In this document: one piece after another, positions 53,973 through 60,634 of the stretch
Layout: each line of letters opens with the position of its first letter
Position numbering within the stretch: the first letter of the stretch is position 1
Assembly: GCA_045535465.1 (NCBI GenBank)
Contig: JAZSLS010000029.1
Coordinates: 1-60,634 of the forward strand
Direction of reading: 5' to 3'
Length of the DNA: 60,634 nucleotides
Source of the DNA: Eubacteriales bacterium
GTDB lineage: Bacteria; Bacillota; Clostridia; Oscillospirales; CAG-382
Program-made: the position numbers and the translations under genes
The notes under the pieces: model-generated
What the model was told of the DNA's origin: nothing
The model's input: only the letters and a program-made list of their open reading frames with translations
Database searches by the model: none

Positions 53973-55496
53973 ATGAGCGAGATTTTGAAAAATGTTGAAA
54001 GTGTAAACAGTGTTATCAACGATTTTGTTTGGACAAAGCTTGGGCTTTTCATTCTCATAGGCGCAGGTATAATTCTTACCTGCTGTACCAAGTTTTTCCA
54101 GATAACTCACCCCGTACATTGGTGGAAAAACACCATAGGCACGGTGTTTAAAAAGAACAGCTCCAGTGTTAAAAACAACGACAAAAGGGCAATAAGCCAG
54201 TTCCAATCTCTTTGTACCGCCCTTGCGGCAACCATAGGTACGGGTAACATAGCGGGCGTTTCTGCGGCTATCGTTGTGGGCGGCCCCGGCGCTGTGTTCT
54301 GGATGTGGGTTGCGGCTTTCCTTGGTATGATGACCAACTTCTCCGAAAACGTGTTGGGTATCTATTTCCGCCGCCGCAATAAGGACGGCGAATGGTCAGG
54401 CGGTGCTATGTACTACCTTAAGGACGGTCTTGGCAAAAAGAAGGGTATGGGAACCATAAGCAAGGTTCTTGCTGTTCTCTTTGCAATTTTTGCTATCCTT
54501 GCGTCCTTCGGTATCGGCAATATGAGTCAGGTTAACAAAATAGCTCTTAACCTTAACTCCGCCTTCTTTAGTAAGGTGGATTTGGGGACTGTCGGCGGTA
54601 TTTCCGTTATCAACATCATCATAGGTGCGGCCTTGGTGGTTCTTGGAGGTCTTATCATTCTCGGCGGCCTTCAGCGTATAGCTACCTTTGCTGAGCGTGT
54701 TATACCCGTTATGGCTGTTCTCTACGTTATCGGCTGTCTTGTTATCTTCTTTGCCAATATAACTGTTGCCAGTGACGTATTTGCTTCTATTTTCCGCTTC
54801 GCTTTCGGCGCAAAGGCCGTGGCAGGCGGTGCTATCGGTACGGTTATAGTACAGGGCTGTAAGAGAGGCGTGTTCTCCAACGAGGCAGGTCTTGGCTCTT
54901 CCGTAATGGTTCACTCCTCCTCCAACGTTAAGGAGCCTGTAAGACAGGGTATGTGGGGCATCTTCGAGGTATTCTTTGATACCTTTGTGGTTTGCACTAT
55001 GACTGCCTTTGTGGTTCTTTCTTCCGGCTTTATCAATCTTGAAACAGGCGCAGCTCTTGAAGATATTAATGATGCAACCCTTGTTTCCGACGCCTTTGGT
55101 AAGATTTTCGGCTCTGCGGGCTCAATGTTTGTGGCAATAGCAATGCTCTTCTTCGCCTTTACCACCGTTCTCGGCTGGTCTCAGTACGGCGCTAAGGCTG
55201 TGGAATATCTCTTCGGCGTAAAGGGCGCAAAGATATATAAGGCAATCTTCGTGCTTATGATAATCTCCGGTGCGCTTATGACCTCCGGTCTCGCTTGGGA
55301 CATCTCCGACACCTTTAACGGCCTTATGATGATACCTAACCTTATAGCGGTTATTGCTCTTGCACCGTTGGTTGCAAAAATAACCAAAAACTACGTAAAC
55401 CGCAGAATAAAGGGCAAGTCTCCCAAGCCTATGCTTTCCTATGATGCAGATATACAAAAGGAAATGGAAAAGGCGCTTAAGAAGTCCGACGACTAA
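53973..55496 (+). CDS. agcS: Alanine/glycine:sodium symporter (AGCS family)
   Basis: 507 aa polytopic. SQFQSLCTALAATIGTGNIAGV and FSNEAGLGSS motifs are typical of AGCS transporters. Confidence 0.85.
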   Translation: MSEILKNVESVNSVINDFVWTKLGLFILIGAGIILTCCTKFFQITHPVHWWKNTIGTVFKKNSSSVKNNDKRAISQFQSLCTALAATIGTGNIAGVSAAIVVGGPGAVFWMWVAAFLGMMTNFSENVLGIYFRRRNKDGEWSGGAMYYLKDGLGKKKGMGTISKVLAVLFAIFAILASFGIGNMSQVNKIALNLNSAFFSKVDLGTVGGISVINIIIGAALVVLGGLIILGGLQRIATFAERVIPVMAVLYVIGCLVIFFANITVASDVFASIFRFAFGAKAVAGGAIGTVIVQGCKRGVFSNEAGLGSSVMVHSSSNVKEPVRQGMWGIFEVFFDTFVVCTMTAFVVLSSGFINLETGAALEDINDATLVSDAFGKIFGSAGSMFVAIAMLFFAFTTVLGWSQYGAKAVEYLFGVKGAKIYKAIFVLMIISGALMTSGLAWDISDTFNGLMMIPNLIAVIALAPLVAKITKNYVNRRIKGKSPKPMLSYDADIQKEMEKALKKSDD

Positions 55497-55502
55497 TATT
55501 TT

Positions 55503-55535
55503 AAACGGCAGGGATATTGTATCTCTGCCGTTTTT
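55503..55535 (+). terminator. Rho-independent terminator
   Basis: aaacggcaggga-tattg-tatctctgccgttt plus a T-run. Confidence 0.7.
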
Positions 55536-55566
55536 GTGTTATATTAAATAAAACGGAGGTAATGAT

Positions 55567-56100
55567 ATGATTATAAGAACCGAAACCGAAAAGGATTTTG
55601 ACGTAATTGATAAAATACACGACAGCGCTTTTGGCCACAATTGGGAAAGCGCCTTGATAAGAAGGCTGAGAAACAGAGAAGACTATATAAAGGACTTTTC
55701 TCTTGTGGCAGAGATAGACGGGGAAGTAGTGGGCCACGTTTTGTTTACTCACGTAACGGTGGAATCCCCCGTTAAAAGCACCCCTGCCGTTATACTTGCG
55801 CCCTTGGCCGTGTTTAAGGACTATCGCAGCATAGGTGCCGGTACCGCCTTGGTTGCAGAGGGCATAAAAAGGACAAGAGAGGCAGGCTACGGTCTTATGC
55901 TTGTCTACGGTCACCGCTTTTATGAAAAGAAGTTTGGCTTTACCTTAGCGCACGAGCAGGGCATATTCCGCCCTAATCCTATGCCTAACGCACCCGTGCG
56001 TATGCTCCCGCTAACGGAAAAGGGAGCAGAGGGCGTTTCGGGTGTTATAAAATATCCTGTGGAGTTCAGACCGCTTATTGATGAATGGTACGGAGAATAA
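55567..56100 (+). CDS. GNAT-family N-acetyltransferase
   Basis: 177 aa. AVFKDYRSIGAGTALVAEGIKRTREAGY matches the acetyl-CoA binding motif A (R/Q-x-x-G-x-G/A). Confidence 0.75.
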   Translation: MIIRTETEKDFDVIDKIHDSAFGHNWESALIRRLRNREDYIKDFSLVAEIDGEVVGHVLFTHVTVESPVKSTPAVILAPLAVFKDYRSIGAGTALVAEGIKRTREAGYGLMLVYGHRFYEKKFGFTLAHEQGIFRPNPMPNAPVRMLPLTEKGAEGVSGVIKYPVEFRPLIDEWYGE

Positions 56101-56101
56101 T

Positions 56102-57274
56102 ATGAAAGCAAAACGAGTTTTTCTTATAGTGCTGGATAGCTTTGGCATAGGCGCTTTGCCCGATGCGGCAAATTACGGCGATGCAGGCGCAAACACTCTG
56201 CACGGTGTAAGAAACCACCCTGCCTTTATGGTACCTAATATGAAAAGCTTGGGGCTTTTTAATATAGAGGGTGTAGGCGGCGGTGTTAATACGCCTTTGG
56301 GCGCTTATGCCCGTGTGGCGGAAGCATCCAACGGTAAGGACACCATTATAGGCCATTGGGAGATATGCGGCATAGTCTCCGAACGTGACCTGCCTACCTA
56401 TAAAAACGGCTTTCCCAAGGAGCTGATAGACGAGTTTTCGGCAAAAACGGGCAGAGGTGTTCTTTGCAATAAGCCCTATTCGGGCACCGAGGTAATAAAG
56501 GACTACGGTGACGAGCACGTTAAAACGGGCGACCTTATAGTTTACACCTCGGCAGACAGCGTTTTTCAGATAGCCGCTCACGAGGAGGTAGTGCCTGTGG
56601 AGGAGCTTTATCGCTGTTGTGAAATTGCAAGAGAAATGCTTACGGGCGACCACGCTGTCGGTAGGGTAATAGCCCGTCCATTTATAGGTGCAGACGGTGT
56701 TTACACCCGCACAGCAAACCGCCGCGACTACGCTTTGCCCCCTTCTGCCAAGACATCCCTTGACTGTATAAAGGAAAGCGGCAGGGAAGTTATAGCCATT
56801 GGCAAGATAAACGATATATTTGCGGGTAAAGGCATAAGCCGCTTTGCAAAAACCAAAAACAATGCCGACGGTATGGCAAAAACTATGGAAGCGGCAAAGG
56901 AAGACTTTACGGGGCTTTGCTTTACCAACCTTGTGGATTTTGACCAGCTTTACGGCCACCGCAGGGACGTGGAGGGCTACGCAAGGGCGCTTAGCCGGTT
57001 TGATGCGTGGCTTGGCGGCTTTATGGCAGAAATGAAAGAGGACGACGTGCTCTTTATCACCGCCGACCACGGCTGCGACCCCTCCTACACCCATACCGAC
57101 CACACAAGGGAGTACGTGCCTCTGCTTGTTTACGGCAGCAAGGTTAAAAGCCTTGATATGGGTGTTCTTAACAGCTTTGCGGATATAGGCAAAACAGTGG
57201 AAACCGTTCTTGGAGTAAAGGGGAAAACGGCGGGCAAGGATTTTTCTGACCGTCTATTTGATATTGGTACTTGA
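56102..57274 (+). CDS. deoB: Phosphopentomutase
   Basis: MKAKRVFLIVLDSFGIGALPDAANYGDAGANTL N-terminus, and TADHGCDP metal site. ATG at 56102 is preferred over the track start at 56078. Confidence 0.9.
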   Translation: MKAKRVFLIVLDSFGIGALPDAANYGDAGANTLHGVRNHPAFMVPNMKSLGLFNIEGVGGGVNTPLGAYARVAEASNGKDTIIGHWEICGIVSERDLPTYKNGFPKELIDEFSAKTGRGVLCNKPYSGTEVIKDYGDEHVKTGDLIVYTSADSVFQIAAHEEVVPVEELYRCCEIAREMLTGDHAVGRVIARPFIGADGVYTRTANRRDYALPPSAKTSLDCIKESGREVIAIGKINDIFAGKGISRFAKTKNNADGMAKTMEAAKEDFTGLCFTNLVDFDQLYGHRRDVEGYARALSRFDAWLGGFMAEMKEDDVLFITADHGCDPSYTHTDHTREYVPLLVYGSKVKSLDMGVLNSFADIGKTVETVLGVKGKTAGKDFSDRLFDIGT

Positions 57275-57318
57275 TTATTGACTAAAAATGTGGCATAATT
57301 ACAAAGTAAGAAGGGTAG

Positions 57319-57762
57319 GTGTGTAAGTTGGCAGAAAAGGTTTACGTTAGCCGCAGTGCGGCGGAAACTGAGGAAATAGCAAAAAATCTTGCCGAAAGTC
57401 TTCAGGCAGGAGACGTGCTTGCGCTGTACGGTGATATGGGCGCAGGCAAAACTGCCTTTGTGCGCGGCTTGGTTTCTCGCCTTTTGCCCGAATGTGTCCG
57501 TCTTGTACACAGCCCTACCTTTGCTATAGTTAATGAATACGCAGGAAGCGACTATTCTATTTATCACTTCGACTTTTACCGTCTTAAGGACGAGGAGGAT
57601 TTGTACTCCATAGCGTTTTTTGACTATCTTGACCGTGGCGGTATTATAGTAACGGAGTGGAGTGAGCTTTTTGAGGATATACTGCCCCCTTCGGGCAAGA
57701 AGGTTCGCATAGAAAAAACGGGCGAGGAGGAGAGAAGGATATATGCTGATTTTGGCAATTGA
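57319..57762 (+). CDS. tsaE: tRNA t6A37 biosynthesis ATPase TsaE
   Basis: P-loop LYGDMGAGKTAFVRG, SPTFAIVNEY, HFDFYRL motifs. The start (GTG 57319 or TTG 57328) is uncertain. Confidence 0.85.
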   Translation: MCKLAEKVYVSRSAAETEEIAKNLAESLQAGDVLALYGDMGAGKTAFVRGLVSRLLPECVRLVHSPTFAIVNEYAGSDYSIYHFDFYRLKDEEDLYSIAFFDYLDRGGIIVTEWSELFEDILPPSGKKVRIEKTGEEERRIYADFGN

Positions 57763-58459
57763 TACGTCGGCAGTCACCGCAACGGCGGCAGTGGCTGAAC
57801 GGGACGGTAAGGAGATTAAAAAATTTGCCCTTGCTACCGTCAACAACGGACTTACCCATAGCGAAACGCTTTTCCCTCTTATAGATAACGCTCTTACTAC
57901 CTTCGGCAAAACCATAAAGGACGTGTCCCTTTTTGCCGTTTCTGCAGGTCCCGGCTCCTTTACCGGTGTTAGGATAGGCGTTTCCGCCGTAAAGGGCCTT
58001 GCCTTTGACGGCAGACCGGTTGCGGAGGTTTCCACCTTGGAGGCTTTAGCGGAGAATATCGGTGCGGAAGGCGTTATATGTCCTCTTATGGATGCACGCC
58101 GAGGTGTATTTTACAACGCTTTGTTTAGAAAAACGGAAGGCAGGCTGGAAAGGCTTACGCCCGACCGTGCCATTGACGCTGCAGCTTTATCGGCGGAGCT
58201 TGAAGGCTACGGCACTGCGTATATTTGCGGCGACGGCGCAGCTCTTTACGAAAGCCTGCACACGGGCACGGCAGCTCTTGTAACTCCTCCTCTTTGCGGC
58301 AGATACCAAAACGCCTTGTCCGTTGCTCTTTGCGGCGGCAGAATGTATGAAGAGGGCAAAACGGTAACGGCGGCAGAGCTTAACACCATATATTTACGTA
58401 AACCCCAAGCGGAGAGGGAAAGAGAAGAAAGACTAAAAAAGGAGAACAACGGACAATGA
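57743..58459 (+). CDS. tsaB: tRNA t6A37 biosynthesis protein TsaB
   Basis: MLILAIDTSA N-terminus and GPGSFTGVRIGVS motif. Overlaps tsaE by 20 nt. Confidence 0.85.
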   Translation: MLILAIDTSAVTATAAVAERDGKEIKKFALATVNNGLTHSETLFPLIDNALTTFGKTIKDVSLFAVSAGPGSFTGVRIGVSAVKGLAFDGRPVAEVSTLEALAENIGAEGVICPLMDARRGVFYNALFRKTEGRLERLTPDRAIDAAALSAELEGYGTAYICGDGAALYESLHTGTAALVTPPLCGRYQNALSVALCGGRMYEEGKTVTAAELNTIYLRKPQAEREREERLKKENNGQ

Positions 58460-58890
58460 AAATAGTAATAGCGGCAGACCACGGCGGATATGATATAAAG
58501 GAAGCAATAAAGGCGGCGCTTACAGAGGACGGTCACGAGGTGCAGGATTTGGGTACGGATAACGGCACTACCTCTGTTGATTATCCCCTTTTTGCAAAGG
58601 CTCTTTGCGGCGTTATACTCGGCGGCGAGGCGGAGCTAGGTATTCTTTGCTGCGGTACGGGCATAGGTATGTCTATGGCGGCAAACAAGCATAAGGGTAT
58701 AAGGGCTGCAGTTCTTTCCGATGAGTATTCTGCACGTCTTACCAGAAACCATAATAACGCAAACGTGCTTTGCCTTGGCGGCAGAGTTGTTGACAGCGAA
58801 AAGGCTGTTTCTCTTGCCCGTATATTTGTAGGCGCTGAGTACGAGGGCGGCCGTCACCAAAGACGTGTGGATATGCTTGAAACTCTTTAA
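58456..58890 (+). CDS. rpiB: Ribose-5-phosphate isomerase B
   Basis: MKIVIAADHGGYDIKEAI, CGTGIGMSMAANK, NNANVLCLGGRV motifs. ATGA overlap with tsaB. Confidence 0.9.
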   Translation: MKIVIAADHGGYDIKEAIKAALTEDGHEVQDLGTDNGTTSVDYPLFAKALCGVILGGEAELGILCCGTGIGMSMAANKHKGIRAAVLSDEYSARLTRNHNNANVLCLGGRVVDSEKAVSLARIFVGAEYEGGRHQRRVDMLETL

Positions 58891-58906
58891 AGCATAGGAG
58901 ATAAAA

Positions 58907-60040
58907 ATGGATAATAACAAAACTACCGAGGGCAAGGCAATACCTACCCCTACTGGTGTTTTTGAGGTTGACAATTATAAAAGCGGGGTAATACCCACTC
59001 CGGTTACCCCGGTGGAAAACGAAGGCGGCAGAGCAGTAAGCGAGAAAACCTTAAAAAAGCGGCTTGCACGTATTGCCGCATCACGCCTTATGCTGGTTAT
59101 GGCAGTGCTGCTCAGCGTTTCTGCAGTGCTTACCCTTTTAAGAGGCTATTTTTGGCCCTTTACAACGGTGCTTTTTTTGCACAGGCTTCTTGCTGCCGTA
59201 AGTGCGTGGGTGCTTTATTCAACGGCAGGTAAACGGGGCGGAAGGCTGCTGGCGGCAGCTCCGCTGTACGCTACCATAGCTTCCGTAACGGGACTTGTGT
59301 TCCTTGCCGTGTACATTTTTTGCGGTATGTTCGGCAAAATGGTGCTTGTAAGCGGTGAAAACGCCGAGGAATGGGTGCGTCTTATCTACGGTGCGGGGCT
59401 ATGGGCAATACTTCCGTCGTTGGCGTGCTTGGTTATGGCGTATTGCTTGTATCTTTTCAAAAGGCACGAAAGGTTTCTTGCACTTAACGTAAGAGACGGT
59501 TTAAGGTACGGCTTTGCTTTTGAAAAGGGCTACGGCAGCTTTTCCCGCTCTGCAATTATTCTTGCGGCGGTAATGTTTACTTTTCAGATATTTAGGGGCT
59601 TTGTAGACTCCTTCGGTGCCTTTGGTTGGTTCCCCGAAAGTGCGGTTGCTCTTTACGACAGGCTGTTTTTGTCCCAAAAATTTTATGCGGTAAATCTTAT
59701 TGGCGTAATTATTCACTGCGGCGCTTTGGCCTGTGCGGTTCTCTTGTCCTTCAAATATTCCTCTGTGGTGAAGAAATATAAAATCCAAAGAGAAATATAT
59801 CGCCAATCCAAGGAGGCGGAGGAACGTAAAATGCCCGAGGACAGCGATAACCTGCAAAACAACGAAGAGCTGAAGAAAGCAGGCGATAACGAGCTTGTTT
59901 TTGCCGAGGAGGAGGACGAAACGGCGGAGGAAAACGAAAACGTCAATCAGCTTTGCGAGGACAAACCTGCAGACGATGCATCAAAGGAGTTCTCTGCGGT
60001 AAATTCTTTTGAAAATAACGTTCCAAAAAATACAAAATAA
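58907..60040 (+). CDS. Membrane protein with an acidic C-terminal tail, unknown function
   Basis: 377 aa, about 6 hydrophobic helices, E/D/N-rich C-terminus. Confidence 0.55.
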   Translation: MDNNKTTEGKAIPTPTGVFEVDNYKSGVIPTPVTPVENEGGRAVSEKTLKKRLARIAASRLMLVMAVLLSVSAVLTLLRGYFWPFTTVLFLHRLLAAVSAWVLYSTAGKRGGRLLAAAPLYATIASVTGLVFLAVYIFCGMFGKMVLVSGENAEEWVRLIYGAGLWAILPSLACLVMAYCLYLFKRHERFLALNVRDGLRYGFAFEKGYGSFSRSAIILAAVMFTFQIFRGFVDSFGAFGWFPESAVALYDRLFLSQKFYAVNLIGVIIHCGALACAVLLSFKYSSVVKKYKIQREIYRQSKEAEERKMPEDSDNLQNNEELKKAGDNELVFAEEEDETAEENENVNQLCEDKPADDASKEFSAVNSFENNVPKNTK

Positions 60041-60184
60041 GTAAAAAAACTATTGACAAAAGGCCTTGTGCGGTGGTATAATACCCTTACCTCTGCAAAA
60101 GGTCTTTTTTTTCGTGCCGTTTTCGGCAAAAATTAAGCTCTTTTGAAATAAGAGGAAGGTAACAAATAATGGAGGTGCCGATTA

Positions 60185-60334
60185 ATGAGAGTTAAGATCA
60201 CTTTTGTTTGTAGTGAATGCAAGCAGAGAAACTACGAAAGCATGAAAAACAAAAAGAATGACCCCGACAGACTCGAGCTTAAGAAGTATTGCAGATTCTG
60301 CAAGAAGCGCACAGCTCACAAGGAAAGTAAGTAA
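60185..60334 (+). CDS. rpmG: 50S ribosomal protein L33
   Basis: 49-aa [49 protein letters not shown] with CxxC...CxxC. GGAGGTG RBS. Not in the ORF track (below the size cutoff). Confidence 0.9.
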   Translation: MRVKITFVCSECKQRNYESMKNKKNDPDRLELKKYCRFCKKRTAHKESK

Positions 60335-60346
60335 GGAGTAACGGTT

Positions 60347-60634
60347 ATGAAAAAAACACTTAGTGTAATTGCACTGCTGCTCTCCTTAGCTACAGTTATT
60401 TCCTTTGGTTCTATCGCAAGCTACGCTGCTCCCATCGATGTAATAAGCGTTGATGCAACCGCAGACGCTACCGCCGATGCAACTGCTGACGCTACCGCCG
60501 ATGCAACCGCAGACGATACCGCCGATGCAACCGCAGACGATACTTCTGATGCAACCGCAGACGATACTGCTGATGCAACCGCAGACGATACTTCCGATGC
60601 AACCGCAGACGATACCGCCGATGCAACCGCAGAC
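60347..60634 (+). CDS. Secreted repeat protein (DATADDTA octapeptide repeats), 3'-truncated by the window edge
   Basis: ATG at 60347 with an aaggag RBS. Signal peptide MKKTLSVIALLLSLATVISFGSIASYAAP. Then D-A-T-A-D-(A/D)-T-(A/S) repeats run to the end of the window. Confidence 0.7.
   Translation, partial: MKKTLSVIALLLSLATVISFGSIASYAAPIDVISVDATADATADATADATADATADDTADATADDTSDATADDTADATADDTSDATADDTADATAD
60452..60634 (+). repeat. 24-nt in-frame tandem repeat (gatgcaaccgcagac + gat/gct-acy-kcy)
   Basis: At least 7.5 consecutive units are visible. The array continues beyond the window. Confidence 0.85.

Noticed and set aside
56075-58035. 342-aa and 301-aa minus-strand ORFs (56075..57103, 57130..58035)
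   Set aside because: They are antisense to deoB, tsaE and tsaB, all recognised by strong family motifs. They have no RBS or motifs of their own.

Overview
This 60.6-kb window comes from a Gram-positive anaerobe. It looks Clostridia/Ruminococcaceae-like because it has T-box and glycine riboswitches, a sortase pilus and many dockerin-type repeats, but that taxon call is inference only. No database search or numeric computation was possible. ORF-track starts were re-evaluated by eye against RBS and signal-peptide context.

The window falls into three parts.

(1) nt 1 to about 7.5k is a visibly AT-rich island on the minus strand, organised as a single operon. In order it encodes an XRE regulator, an extra Lgt paralog, a 2-TM protein, a 1104-aa FtsK/SpoIIIE/EssC-like ATPase with no detectable TM segment, two small helical proteins, an HExxH metallopeptidase-like effector, and a 1-nt-overlapping immunity-like ORF. 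I read this as a stripped-down type-VII-secretion-like or polymorphic-toxin module. It is my best candidate for an undescribed system.

(2) nt 8.5-42.4k is an accessory cell-surface region. It holds seven secreted proteins ending in tandem dockerin repeats, six of which are of an LKYDAG type. It also holds BspA-like LRR proteins, two sigma/anti-sigma-like modules plus a decayed sigma remnant, a conserved 6-Cys C-terminal module and a polytopic LuxR regulator. A membrane Ser/Thr-kinase-like protein here has degenerate metal-binding motifs and an ectodomain of LRR plus a cohesin-like beta domain. A Phe-specific T-box controlling a PaaK/ACT/MaoC operon is embedded in this region.

(3) nt 42.4-60.6k is mostly housekeeping: nagZ, lepB, glycine riboswitch-agcS, deoB, tsaE/tsaB, rpiB and rpmG. 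It is interrupted by a sortase-dependent pilus operon. The 1683-aa tip protein of that operon carries seven C-x-HxH-x3-C knuckles, a CHAP-like region and a fibro-slime/PA14-like domain.

No rRNA, tRNA, CRISPR array, transposase or integrase was recognised.
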